Both the position numbers and the translations under genes were made by a program. A model generated the notes under the pieces. That model saw only the letters and a program-made list of their open reading frames with translations. It ran no database searches and was not told the origin of the DNA. A DNA stretch of 64,000 nt from Cladosporium halotolerans. Its lineage: Eukaryota. The stretch is taken from positions 186,001 through 250,000 of the forward strand of contig NW_027191464.1 of NCBI RefSeq assembly GCF_011745625.1, given 5' to 3'. Positions within the stretch are counted from its first letter, which is position 1. The number at the start of each line of letters is the position of its first letter. Below, in pieces: positions 23,430 to 37,083 of the stretch.

Positions 23430-23947
23430 GCTCGACACAGTATCACGATACATATTACTAAATGACTGACTAACGAGACTCATGTCATGTCAAGCACTAG
23501 ATAATCAATGAAAATGCCGCTCAATAGACAGACACCTGCTTTCACCTTTATAAACTCACGCAGCTTGTCGGTGTTGGTCGTCAAGTCGTTCGCCCCACGT
23601 GATTTGCGGGATCGGCTGCATGTGGCCTAGCGCATTGTGGAGCCGCGTCGACCCTTGTGAGGCCGGAAGCTTGTGAAAGCTCCCTTGTTGCGCGCGTCTG
23701 GTGGGATTATTTGTCCTGTTCACATACCTTAAGTAACCGATTCATCGCCCACCACCACATCACTTCGCCAATTCCCGCAAACCTTGAGTCCGCAACTGGA
23801 CGTTCCCTTCGACACCTTTGCCACCAGCAGTCCTCACCTTGCCTGAAGCAGTAGGTACCAACTGTCGCAAAGCATCGCAGTGATCCATCTGAACAAGCAT
23901 TGCTAATGTGAATCTCTACAGAACCCATCAAGACCCTTTCGTCCACC

Positions 23948-24680
23948 ATGGCCGACACCGAGAAGCGCGATCCCGAGCCCCTCGACGCCCAGCCCGCCGA
24001 AGATGGCCACGAGGCCGCCCCGGCGCAGGAGCCCGAGGCGGACGGCGCGGGCGACGGCGAGGGTGACGACGAGGAGGAGATCGCGGCGATGAAGAAGCGC
24101 GTGCAGGAGATGGAGGCGGAGGCGGCGCGCCTGCGCGAGATGCAGTCGCAGCTGGACTCGCAGTCGGAGAACCTGCGCGAGAGCAAGGAGGACATCGACA
24201 ATCGCAGCATCTTCGTTGGCAACGTCGACTACGGCGCCAGCCCGGAGGAGATCCAGGCGCACTTCCAGAACTGCGGCAGCATCAACCGGGTCACGATCTT
24301 GCTCGACAAGTTCACGGGCCAGCCCAAGGGCTATGCGTACGTCGAGTTTGCGGAGCCGAGCTTGGTCACGCAGGCGCTGGTGCTCAACGAGAGCGTGTTC
24401 AGGAACAGGAATCTGAAGGTGAGATTTTGAACGAGAGAGTCGGGTGCACAAATGGTGTGCGCTAATCAATGATTGATAGGTTGTCCCCAAGCGCACGAAC
24501 CTCCCGGGCATGAACCGTGGTCGTGGTCGCGGCGGCGGACCTCGCGGCCGTGGTGGCCCCTATGGCGGCTACGGTGCCCCTCCTATGCGTGGTGGCTACG
24601 GGCCGCCCGGCGGCTACGCTCCTAGGGGAGGCTACCGCGGGGGCTACCGCGGCCGTGGTCGCGGATACAACCCATACTGA
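23948..24680 (+). CDS. pab2: Nuclear poly(A)-binding protein 2 (PABPN1 ortholog); exons 23948-24418, 24480-24680
   Basis: Acidic N-terminus, coiled coil [26 protein letters not shown] ([17 protein letters not shown]), [11 protein letters not shown] tail ending YNPY. Confidence 0.95.
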
Positions 24681-27031
24681 GGAACTACCGATCAACTGGA
24701 TCTTGCCCTGTTGCATGCGTCAGGTCCATGCGACAAGCTGTCAGCGGACTCGCCCATGGCGCGAGCGAGATGAAAACGAAAGGGAAGACTACGACCTCTG
24801 GAATCAGGAGAGGCTAAAGGGTCAGGCGTTTGATTTTTCTATCGGTGATGCGTGTGCTATAGCCCTGTCGAGATGAAGAAAGAAAAACGGGATTTGGGTG
24901 AAACAGAAAGAAGCCACAAGAATTACCATTATGCAAAGGTGGAGCAAGAGCCATCCCGTGAAGAGTCAAGAGTGAGAAACCGCATCGTCCAGGCACTTCT
25001 CGGTTGAGATTTGAGATTCAAAGAAGGGCCACATGTCGAGTTCAATGTCGCCCAGAGCCACTCATCTGATCAATTGGTGTTGTACCCGCAACATCAGGCA
25101 GCAAGAAGATTGTGGCTTTGTCAATGTGACACTGATGGAAGAGGAGGCGCAACAGTCAAGGCAACACTCGGACATGCCGAGGTTCGAGCCTGGCGATGTG
25201 GAATAACAATCGTCTGAGGACAGCACAGCATGACGATCGGTGCTGCAAGAGAAGGATCATACGACTTCTCGAAGCATCCCCTGTCAAAGCACGTACCGAT
25301 AGAAGCTTCTTGGTACGGCGAAAGTCAGCCGGCCACCACACGAAGGAGCATGTAGATGTGGCGGAGCCTCCTTGGCGCATGCACGTCTGACATGATTTCA
25401 CTTTGTGATCTGGAGACTGTGAGCAAGATGTAAACTTCAACGGTAGCGAGGTTGAAACAACGGTACTGAAAGTCAAAGCCCTGCCCAAAAGACTAGGTAC
25501 TTTAACCGCTGTCATCATGCCGACTGCCTCCGCATCATGTGCACGTGGTCGTGAGTGGTGAGCCTCTTATCGGGGACTTTCGGCCGTAAGTTGTACGTAG
25601 ACGTGTAACGTACCGTGGAGTCATCTTCCTCAGCTCGGAGACTTTTCCTGGGGAATCTTGTTCGCCTAGGCAGGTTGATGACAAACCTCTGCCCTATAGA
25701 GGGCATACGTTGCGCTGAGGCTGTGTTCGGTCTCCAAGCTTTCGCGCACACAAATAAGTTCCACTAGGCGTGTGATCCTATTCGGCGCCGGCAGTTTGCT
25801 GACAATGGCTGAAGGAGGGTAACTCTAGCCTGCTGCCTTTGATATCAGCATCCTGACTAAACACACGTGCCTGGACTCGGGGGCCGTTTCGTCCGGGGTC
25901 GGGGGCGGAACTTGCTCAAACCCGACCGACGTCTGCCACTGTACGCGAGATCCGAGCTGGCGAATCAAGACGCCTCAAGTGAAGGCAGTGCAATTCCGTC
26001 GACTGCGAGATCGTACGTCTCGACCAGCGATATCTGGGAAGTCGTGGTGTCATGCACACTTGCCTTGCGCCATACGCCCAGTTCAGACACTATAAGCGAC
26101 TGACAGCTGTCCTTCTAAGCAGTATAGCAACAGGCACTGCTGCTCGAAGTACCTGCCAAGCAGCGCAATGCGAATGCGAGACTTCGCAGCCGTCGCGAAC
26201 AGAGCTCGAACCGGCCTAGTCCAACTGCCATTCTGCCCTACGCTTCCACTCTTACCGCGGCGGCGGTGTCTAACCCTATATCGTGTTGGATCCTGCAGAG
26301 CCACGCGCAACGGCGGGCGCAACGGGAGCTGTAGGAATGATAAACTCCACGAGCGCAAGTAACAATCTACCACATGACACTTCTCACCGACCTTTTCGTC
26401 GTTCCGTTGGCCGTCGTCCCTATCCATTCCGCTCCCTTGCTACTGCACGTTCGACTCATCCCTACCCCAGGTCGCTAGAACCCCCGTGGGATTCCCTCAG
26501 CTCGAATCGAGAATCCCGTGCCCGGCCATGGCACTCGGCCGGCTGAAACTGGACCGAGCGGCCGGCGATACCGTACCTCTCACTGGCCCTACCGCCCACC
26601 AGGCAGCAGTCTTCAAGCCCCTCCCTATCGTCGGCGAGGGCGATGACGGTGGTGCGCTCCGGCACGGCATGATTGATGCTGCGACTCAGCCTCCGGCGTC
26701 CAAGCTGCATGCGCTGGAACGATTCACTCACGGGGCTCGACGCGCCAGAACGCGGTCGTCGGAGTTAGAGCTGGGCTCCTCCACGGTGCAGGGCGGTCGT
26801 CAGAAGTCAGTAGGCCCCCATTTATAATTGCTCACCTTTTATTACTTACGCTCCGGCCGCCGACTGTTTGTTTTGCCCTTTCATTATTTATGTTTAGTGT
26901 CTCGTCGTGGTCGTTGCTGACCTGGCCACGTTCTCTTTTTGTCATTGGGGTTTCCTTGTCGGTTGCCCTTATATGTTGCTGCGCTCGTGCATGACTTTAC
27001 GATGTTAGCTATCGCGCCGCTTGGGTTGACA

Positions 27032-28509
27032 ATGGACAGTGGTAATGTGAGCAGAGCGCCGCGAGTCGGCCACAAGAAGTCGAGGAAGGGTTGTGCACAG
27101 TGTAAGAGAAGACATGTCAAGGTGCGTGGTTCTCCGCGGTTAAATAACCATCGGAAGCGACGGACAATGCTGACCGCTGCTCGCTTTCGCAGTGCAATGA
27201 AGAAGCACCGTGCTCGAACTGCATACGACACAGCGTCGCGTGCTCGCTCGCCGGGGGCCCAAACGTCCCAAGAGATGATGCGAAGCCCAAACAACGAAGT
27301 CCGGCGACGTCGGTGTCGAGTTTGTCGACGAGGACGTCGTCATATGATGCCACGGCGTCGAGCACGACCGCTACTGCGTCTGCGACATCGACGAGCGTGG
27401 GAGCTAGCCCGGTAGATTCAAACGAGTTCAATTCGATACGCGTCCTCACAGGGTCGATTGACCGCAACGCGGCACTGACAAACCAAGCCTGGATGCTCGA
27501 CCTGGAGCTGATGCACCACTTTACAGCATTCAGCAACGACATAATGACCGAGCACTTTGACCTGATCGGATCAATGTGGCAGCACGAGATGCCTCGAATA
27601 GCTTTCCGCTCGCAGTACGTGATGCATGGCTTGCTTGGGTTCTCCGCATTACATTTGGCCTCACTACAGCCCGAACGAGCACTGTTATTACGAGCCAGCG
27701 CAACCAACCATCTGGACCAAGCGCTGGTGCTCTACAGGCAAGACAGCGGGCCCGCGACGGCGGAGAACGCAGACGCGCGGTTCAGCTTCTCATGGCTAGT
27801 GGCACTGTTCGCCTTTGCCATCCCGCCTTCAGTCCCGCCCATAGAAGCAATGGTGGAACTGTTCTCGCTCGTCAGGGGCATTGAAGTCGTGCTCCAAGAG
27901 ACGCTCCTGTGGATAATGCAAGGGCCCTTCGCGCCCATCCTCACCCGAGCATTCATAGAAAACAAAGGCCTCTCAGACGACGGCACGGCGCTCTCGATGG
28001 CCTTCGCCTTCGAGCCCACCATCGGACACTCCGGCAGCGGCGACTGCGTCGCCAGCGACACGCTGCCCGAGGGCATGGAGTTCGGGCTCAATCACCTCGA
28101 CTTCATGATCGGCATGCATAGCATGGTGCCCGAGGAGCGGCGCACGTGCGTACTGATCCTGGCGGAGCTCAAGCAGCTGTACTCGCAGGTGCTGAGCTCG
28201 CAGGGTGGCTGCGGCATGTCGATGATCATGTGCTTCCCCAAGCAGGACCCCACACGGTTCTCGCTGCTGCTGAAGAGGCGACATCCGCAGGCGCTGGTCA
28301 TCCTTGCGTACCACACGGTGCTGCTGGACATGCTCGACTCAAGGTGGTGGGCGCGCGGTTGGGGCAGGAGGGTGCTGAGGGATGTTGTCGGCTCTCTGGG
28401 GGATGAGTGGAAGAGCTGGGTTGAATGGCCGGTGCAGACGGTGCTGATGAAGCAGGCGTCGCTGAGCCCGGTCGTGTCGTTGGATGCATCTATGCTGGGG
28501 TGTGGTTAA
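27032..28509 (+). CDS. Zn(II)2Cys6 transcription factor, Upc2-like family; exons 27032-27121, 27193-28509 (alternative ATG at 27002)
   Basis: Spliced HKKSRKGCAQCKRRHVK|CNEEAPCSNCIRHSVAC; LDLELMHHFT, YVMHGLLGFSALHLA, PQALVILAYH, RWWARGWG, WVEWP. Confidence 0.9.
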
Positions 28510-29457
28510 ACACGCGATAGACGGATTACCTCTCGCCACTCGATACATTGTGTAGACGTGAATGTACGATACTCGTGTAGTAGTAATGTCTGTCATCCGT
28601 GTTTTCCATGCATGCGCTATACTCTTGCAAAAGGAATGTCTGTCACCCGTATTTTCCATGATTCGGCGAAATGCAGGCACAGACGGAAACGAAACGGATG
28701 CGCACGTGACGCGCGAAACGGGACGAATGCTGATGTTTAGCGACACCAACGGCAGGCTCAAGCGGCACAATGGTGACATGTGAGATCTCAAATGCGTGCC
28801 ATTATTAGCACTCGCACCGCACCGCCTTCTCCGTTGCGCAGCCGCGTCGTTTGGCGAGCTCGGCAAGGCGAACGGGCGGCTTTGGGCGCGCTCGATCGGT
28901 GGTGGGGCAGCAGTCGTGCGAGCATCACAGGGCCCTGGTGACGCTGCGCTGAGTCCGCCCTGAGGCTGCTGCGGGCGGCCTGCGACTCCGCTGCGTGCGG
29001 CGTGCTGCTGCTCGAGACTCCTCCCACGTCTCCGCCCGCCAAGCGCGACCGCAACTGCGACCCGCCAGTTCTCTCCGCCACCTGACGGACCCAGAGCCAG
29101 ACCACCGCCGGCCCCGCCGTCGTCTGCCAGAACGACAACGCCCCGCCGCCCTGCCCGACCGCCGCCGACCCCCTCTCACCAGCCTGGCGCGGGATCCGTC
29201 CGCCGTTGTTGCGCCCTGCTGTGCTGACACAGCCACATTGTCGTAACCGCATCGAGCCATCCCACCACTGCCACCCGCGCCCGCTCCGCGAGCGCCTCGA
29301 CCGATCACATCTCTTCGCCGCTTCCACTACACCCCCTACACCACGCGGACCGCCTGGAGTCTCGCGCGACTACTGGCAACTCACACCGTCATCGCCGGCC
29401 GACGTTTGACCTCATCCACCGACTACCGAGGGCGCGGGACCGCATACCTTCGCAGCC

Positions 29458-32298
29458 ATGGAGCTGCCGGCACAGCCAAACCTGCGGGTGACGAGTACGC
29501 AAGAGCACGCACATTGCTTCGCACGGGCAGGACACGACTAACCCACCCTTCCCAGTCATCGCCGCCGATGGTCTGTACAAGAGGGATGTATTCCGTAAGT
29601 GGCAAGCACCGCAACCCCCGTTCCCACGAGGGTCACATGCTCACGGAATATGCGTACAGGCTTCCCTGATCCCTTCGCCGTCGCCACGATTGGCGGCGAG
29701 CAGACGAGGACCACGGGCGTCATCAAGAAGACACTGAACCCGTACTGGAACGAGAGCTTTGACATGTAGGTGCCGGCGGTAAAGCTTACACATGCGCGGA
29801 GGCAAGACGCTAATGGGGAGCGACAGGCGTGCGACGGACGAAAGCATACTCGCGGTGCAGATCTTTGACCAGAAGAAGTTCAAGAAAAAGGACCAGGGCT
29901 TCCTCGGTGTGGTCAACGTGCGCATTGGCAGTGTCCTAGATCTGGACGTTGGCGGAGACGGTATGTCTCGGCGCAGGCCCCGTGCGAGAACACGTACTGA
30001 CCTCGCTACCAGAGATGCTCACGCGAGACTTGCGAAAGTCAAACGACAACCTCGTCGTCAATGGAAAGCTCATTCTTAACCTCTCCACTAACCTGCGGGC
30101 ACCCATCAACAATTCTGGAAACAGTTCATCTAGACCAGCACTTACTACGCCCGGAACGTCAACGAATGGCGCTCACACAGGATCTTCTACGCCTGCAGGC
30201 GCTCAGTCGCAAGCATCATTGAACGCCGACCGACCTGCGAGCAACGCCTCTAGGCAACCAACCAATGCCGCCGGCCCTCCGGCTGCCACCAACGGTACCG
30301 CGGCTAACAGGCGCGCTGACGGGACCGGATACAGTGCGTTTGAAGACGCGCAAGGACGACTGCCAGGCGGTTGGGAGCGAAGGGAAGACAACCTAGGAAG
30401 AACTTACTACGTGGACCACAACTCGCGGCAGACTACCTGGATTAGACCCACTGCCAACTATGACGCTGGCGAGCAGCGGAACCAGTTGCAGCAGCAACAG
30501 AATGTGGAAAGACAAAGACATCAAGCACGTGTGTTGCCGGAAGACAGGACGGGTGCCAACTCACCAACTTCCGATCGCAACTCTCCTTCTCAGACTCCGA
30601 ACCCAGTGAACCAGGCTACTGCAGCCCAGATGGTGGCTACAGGTGCGACAACTGCAGGTACTGGCGAACTTCCAGCAGGCTGGGAGCAAAGGCATACGCC
30701 TGAGGGGCGCGCGTACTTTGTTGATCACAACACTCGCACCACCACGTGGGTCGACCCCAGGCGGCAGCAGTACATCAGGATGTACGGACAGAACGCCGGC
30801 GGAAACAACACCACTATTCAACAGCAACCGGTGTCGCAACTCGGACCTCTGCCCAGCGGCTGGGAAATGCGTCTTACCAACACAGCACGTGTCTACTTCG
30901 TGGACCACAACACCAAGACGACGACATGGGATGACCCTCGTCTGCCGTCATCTTTGGACCAGAACGTTCCGCAGTACAAGCGTGACTTCAGACGTAAGCT
31001 CATTTACTTCCGATCGCAACCAGCACTGCGGATTCTGTCTGGCCAATGCCACGTCAAGGTCCGACGATCGCATATTTTTGAGGACTCATATGCAGAAATC
31101 ATGCGTCAAAGCCCGAACGACCTCAAGAAGAGGCTAATGATCAAGTTCGATGGTGAAGACGGTCTGGATTACGGTGGTCTTTCTCGGTTAGTCGATCAAC
31201 CTTGCAATCTTCCAAAAAAAAAAACATTACTGACAATGCTTCCGCAGTGAATTCTTTTTCCTGCTTTCTCACGAAATGTTCAACCCCTTCTATTGCTTGT
31301 TCGAGTACTCGGCACACGACAACTACACTCTCCAAATAAACCCGCACTCTGGCATCAACCCTGAGCATCTTGGATATTTCAAGTTCATTGGCCGTGTCGT
31401 CGGCCTGGCCATCTTCCACCGACGCTTCCTGGACGCATTCTTCATTGGCGCTTTCTACAAGATGATCCTCAAGAAGAAAGTGGCCCTTGTCGACATGGAG
31501 GGTGTCGACGCCGAGTTCCACCGCACGCTCACCTGGACCATGGAGAACGACATCACTGATGTCATCTACTCCACTTTCTCGGTCGACGATGAGCGCTTCG
31601 GTGAGAAGGTCATTGTTGACCTCAAAGAAGGCGGCAGGGACATTGAGGTGACGAACGAGAACAAGAAGGAATACGTTGAGTATGTTCGCCCAGTATCTTT
31701 CTCATCGATCAAACAAGATTACTAACATTTTCCCAGGCTGATCACCGAGTGGCGCATCCAGAAGCGCGTCGAGGAGCAATTCAACGCTTTCGTCCAGGGC
31801 TTCCACGAGCTCATCCCCGCCGACCTCGTCAACGTTTTCGACGAGCGCGAGCTCGAGCTCCTCATCGGCGGTATCGCCGACATCGACGTTGACGACTGGA
31901 AGAAGCACACCGACTACCGCGGCTACACCGAAAGCGACCTCGTCGTGCAAAACTTCTGGAAGGTACGCATCCTATCCCTCTCCTCATTTACCCCCTCCCC
32001 ACGTCCCGCTAACACCCAACCCCACCAGGTCATCCGCAGCTGGGACGCAGAGCAGAAGTCCCGCCTCCTGCAGTTCGCGACCGGCACCTCGCGCATCCCC
32101 GTCAACGGCTTCAAGGACCTGCAGGGGTCCGACGGGCCCCGCCGCTTCACGATCGAGAAGTCCGGCGAGGAGAGCCAGCTGCCCAAGTCCCACACGTGCT
32201 TCAACCGCCTCGACCTGCCGCCTTACAAGAGCTACGACGCCCTGCAGCAAAAGCTCACGTGGGCGGTCGAGGAGACGGTCGGTTTTGGGCAGGAGTAG
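29458..32298 (+). CDS. RSP5: NEDD4-family HECT E3 ubiquitin ligase (C2-WW3-HECT); exons 29458-29494, 29556-29594, 29660-29765, 29827-29960, 30013-31186, 31248-31679, 31737-31962, 32029-32298
   Basis: C2 ([22 protein letters not shown]), three WW domains (LPxGWE..YxVDHN..TTW), HECT with [10 protein letters not shown] and catalytic [14 protein letters not shown], end GFGQE. Confidence 0.98.
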
Positions 32299-33144
32299 AT
32301 GGGGATGTGGGGGTATATATCGAATAAGGGGGTTCTTTGGGGTTGTATTGTTGATACATATGGAAGGACGGATGGATGGATGAATGTGGGGGGTTTTGCT
32401 GCGCGCGTCCCGCTTGTATCATCATCATCATGCAAGAGGGACTGCTGTGCGCTTCGGGCAACGAAATGACTTCGAGAGGAGATGGAGCGCGGAGGAAAAT
32501 ATAGGATGGCACATTCGGATGGGGAGCTGTATCTCACTTTTTCCTAAGCTGCCTTTGTTCTTTTCTGGGGTTTCAAGTGATATCTGCTGTTTCTATGTGA
32601 GTTGCGCCAAGATGATGCTCATGGCGGCCCCGGATGTATGTGGCGTGGTTGGCGTGCCATGACCATTGGGTTCATTAGAACGCTGCTCGACAGAGAAGAC
32701 AAGCAGGCAAAGGCATTGCCCATCAATCTTCTCACCAATCCCCACGTCTGAGACCCGGGCAGGATCCGCTCACGTGGGCTGGATCACATATTATTATGAC
32801 CGCCGACCGGAATGATTGACCTAACGAGACAAATCCGAGTTTTGGCGATACCTTTCTGATTGGGCTACAAGTAGCTATACTAAAGACATTGACATCTGCG
32901 CTTTCGCTTTCGAAACCAGGAACTCCCTCGCCGTTCTTTCGTCGAAGGCAGGCAGGGACGAGAGGCCGTACACATCCCTCCGTGCTCCGACTCATCAGCC
33001 TCTCTTCCTCTGCCTCCTCGCGTCTTCCTCCCTGCTTACGAGGCGTTTAGCCAAATTTGAAACAACAACACTAATAATTACGAGAGAAAAAAGAACCTAG
33101 AATCGAACGACTCTCTTACTCCCCAATCACACCCATCACGCCCT

Positions 33145-33841
33145 TTAAAGCGCAGCAACAACACCCATCATGGCAGCCAAAACACCCGCAGCGGGCACGA
33201 CCACGCTACCAGCCGCGCTATCGCCCGTCGCGGACGCGGCGGCGTCCGAAGCCGTCGAAGACGCCGCGCGGCCGCCGGAAGTGGACGTGGACCCGGAGGA
33301 CTCGGTCGCCTCGGCCTCGGAGCCCGTCGAAGTGCTGTCGGCGGACGACTGCGTGGCGGTGCTGGAGCCCGTGGAGCGGGAGGAGCTGGCGCTGCTGCTG
33401 CTGGAGCTGTAGGCTTTGGCGGCGTTGCACCAGGCGACGTTTTGCTGGTCGGCGGCGAAGCGGTTGGGGTCTGGGGGGAGGTTAGTTGGTGGGTTTTTGG
33501 GGGGTTTGTGATGGCGTTGGCTTACCGGACGGGCAGTTGTCGTAGCAGGTCAGGACGGCCTGGGAGTTGTCGCACTTGCAGTTCCAGTCTTGGTCGTCGC
33601 AGCTCTGGACGCGGGCGGAGGTCGAGGCGTAGCAGTTGGAGATGATGCTGGTGGGGTTTTGTTAGGTTTGTGGTTTTGAGTGTGAGGATGGCGTTTGGGG
33701 TGGGTCTTACGCATCAATGGCCTCACCGCAGCCGGAGGAGCTAGTTGTGGCAGAGGAGGTCGCGGCGCTGGCGGTGGAAGTGGTGGACTGGGCGGCGGCG
33801 AGGCCGGCGACGGCCAGGACGAGGGCGGTGGTGTACTGCAT
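33145..33841 (-). CDS. Small GPI-anchored Ser/Thr-rich protein with an 8-cysteine (CFEM-like) domain; exons 33841-33711, 33647-33526, 33470-33145
   Basis: Signal MQYTTALVLAVAGLAAA; spliced C..NC..SC.DQDWNCKC..TCYDNCPSDP..WC; Ser/Thr stalk; hydrophobic tail SAAGSVVVPAAGVLAAMMGVVAAL. Confidence 0.88.
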
Positions 33842-35006
33842 GTTTGTTGATGTAGTCTTTGATGTCTGATGTAGCGTTGTGTATGTTTTCCAATGCTTTC
33901 TGCAAGTGTTGATGCGAGAAGACTGTGCTACAGAACGAGAAGAGGAGCTGACAGGACGACACGGCAACGGAGGAGGAGAGGCCCAAACAAATAATGTATA
34001 CCTACCCGGCAAACAGCAGCAAAAGGAGGAAAGACCGCGCGCATACCCTTGCTTTCCCATCCAGTCCCCAATAGAGCCAGAGCCAGCGCCAGATAAACAG
34101 ACGGACTCCGGGGAAAGCAGCGCCCACAGACCACTCTGCAGGAATGAGGCGGCCGGCGGCGCGCGTGATTGGACTCGCGGCACGCCGCTAAGCTGAGAGA
34201 GAGGGCAGGCGATATGCCGGCGGGCGCTGGGAACCGCAGAAACACCCCGTGAACGGCCCTGCGGCTCTCGCGAGTCGCGACGAGTCTCACGCCAGCCGTG
34301 CATGTGCATGTAACAAGTACCTACACGGCCGGCTCCCCCTCAGCATAGCTGCAGCCCGTGTACATTGCGCGGCCCTGGTGCTTGTCAGGGCGTGCGTCTA
34401 GCCGGCCACCTGGGTACCTTGAAGGTGGCGAGTTCGCCACCGCGGAGGGTCTATTGGCGACAAACGGCTTCTTAGGCGTATCGGGGCAAGTGAGGTGGTA
34501 TGGGCTACTGCTAAGTTTGGGAGATCTGGGCGGCCGTTGGAAGGCGAGATTGCAGGGTCCGCTTGCTGCCGAGCCCGCGCTAGCCAGGCGAGCCCTGGCT
34601 CTGAGCTTATGTGCGGCACGTTTGTTGTTTGGTGCCTCGGAGGAAACATTCACGTGGTGCGTCTTTGTGAGACCGCGAGCAATGCTCGTGGTTCCACGGT
34701 AAGGGACTGTGGTGCAGCGTTGGGGCTCGTGCTGGGTGGTCGGCTGTCTCGGGACGAGAGCGTACCATGGCCATTCATCTCGTCTTTCTGCTCGAAGTTC
34801 ACCACGGCGTGCGTGATGAGGTGTGATGGGAAAAGTCACGTCGTATAGGAGTATGGGCTATAGCCATTGCTTCGAAGGCATTCGGTACGCATTTTGCGAG
34901 CTATCACGCGCTACTGACCTTATTATCACTGTTCTTCGTTATCCATTATTTTCTCATGGCCGCAATGGCCTCTGTCTGACCTCGCCAGTCACATCTCACA
35001 CCCCAT

Positions 35007-36253
35007 CTAAAGCGGCGGAGTGTCAGCGTACAGCGACCCAGCGAACGCCTCCGGATACCTGTGCCCAGCATCCTCCGCCTCCTCGCACGCCTTCCTGATC
35101 TCCGCCTCCTCCTCCTTGCTCAGCTTGATCTTCAGCGAGCCCACGTTCTCCTCGACTCTCGGGATCGACGTCGTGCCCGGGATGGGGAAGAAGTCGTCGC
35201 CCTGCGCCAGGATCCAGGCCAGCGTCAGCTGGCTAGGCGTGCAGTTCTTCTTCTGCGCCAGCGCCGTGATCTGGTCGACGAGCTTGAGGTTCTTGGGGAA
35301 GTTCTCGGCGGAGAAGCGCGGCGCGAACTTGCGGAAGTCGCCCTCCTCGAAGTCGTCCGGGCTCCTGATCTGCCCGCCCAGCATGCCGCGGCCGATGGGC
35401 GAGTAGGCGACGATGGCGACGCCGAGCTCGCGCGCGGTCTTGAGGAGGCCGATCTGCTCGGACTCGATGTCGAGGCTGAAGGGGGAGTACCTGTGTGGAG
35501 CGAAGCGCGTCAGCGTCTCATCCTTCAAGTTTCACGACCGGACATAAAACATACTCAATCTGAACAGCATCCACATGCTCGACCTTGCACGCACGGCGCA
35601 GCGTCTCGGAGCTGATCTCCGACAGGCCGATGTACTTGATCTTGCCCTCCTGCTTGAGCTTCTTCATCTCACCCATTGTCTTCTCGATCGGGGTGACCTG
35701 GTCGACGCGGTGGCAGTAGTAGAGGTCGATGACGTCGACGCCCAGGCGGCGCAGCGAGCGCTCGCACGCGCTGCGGCAGTACTCGGGGCTGCTGTCGACG
35801 TAGCGGCTGCCGTCCTCGCGCATCGCGTTCGCGAACTTGGTCGCGAGGAAGATGTGCTCGCGCTTGCCGGGGTTTTGCTTGAACCATTTGCCTTGGGGTG
35901 GGGTGTTAGCAGGCCTCTCCTCGCATTGCTATCAGATGTTGAGACAACTCACCGAGAAGATCCTCACTGTCCTGGTACATGTCGGCAGTGTCCCAGAAAA
36001 GGTCGCCCTCCTCGTAGACTTTGTCGAGCACCTTGAAACGCTCGGCATCCGGCTTCGCAGTGCCATAGAAAGCACTCTGCATCCCAATGTCAGCGACCAG
36101 CCATTTTTCCAAGAACTCACAAAACCCTCAACTCACCAGTCCCATAGTACCATAGCCCAACCTGTTGACCTGCGGTCCATTCTTGCCGAGCTTGGCCGTG
36201 GGCAGCTTGCTCTGGCCGGTGACCTTGCCGATGACCTGCTGTACTTTGTCCAT
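35007..36253 (-). CDS. Aldo-keto reductase (AKR13/YakC-like); exons 36253-36137, 36076-35953, 35891-35555, 35490-35007
   Basis: LGYGTMGLSAFYG, WDTADMY, FLATKF, IDLYYCHR, KYIGLSE, QIEYSPF, AYSPIGRG, PIPGT; Asp-Tyr-Lys-His tetrad intact. Confidence 0.95.
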
Positions 36254-37083
36254 TATGAGTTTTGGCAGATTGTTTTCGAAGTAAATGAGATGCTGTTGGA
36301 GTCCAAGAGCAACAATGTGAAGAAGCGGAAAGGCGTTCGAACCTCCCCTTATATCCGCCACATCACATTGCCGCGTTCACGACAGCCCGCCCATCAATGT
36401 TCACGCATGACGTTACAGCTACCTACCTAGCAGCGGGAAGCTCAGGCTCGGAGTTAAGGGCCATTTGGAAGCGCTTTCGTCCGTCTCACCCACCAGCAGT
36501 GCGGGGCTTTGCGGCAGACTCTCCACCGCTGTGTTACGGCTCTTAGCAAGTCGTTCTCCGCGATCCAATGTTCGAAACTCTATGCGCTTCACGTAAGCAG
36601 GCCGCATTAATATTGCATGATCGCACCAAGGGGGAACTGCACGTCTGGCCAACGGCGGGTCCGTGGCGAGGATCCTGCTCAAGCCGACGCGGGGCCGCGT
36701 GAACAAGCTCACTGAAGAGGACCGCACAGTCCGTGGCTCGGGATCGGTGGATTCAGTTCATGCGAAATATACATTCGTTCGTTCCGCTGACATACATATG
36801 TACAATGTGGACAATCATCCTCCAGACCAGACAAAATCGTATCATGCAGGCATGCCGTCCCAAAATTCTCTTTTTCCCTTCCCCCAAGCCCGGCGCCGTG
36901 CTGTTCGCGGAAAGCTGCGAAATGTAACAAGCCTCTCTCTCCCTCTCTCCGCCTTCCAAAAATTCGTAAGAGCAACCCATTGGTATCATGTGAAATCAAA
37001 AGACCCGTCCCAAAAGAAAAAGAGAATTCAAAAACCAGAGAACCTCCCAAAAAACGCCCTTGTGCGTGCCATGAACGATCCCT

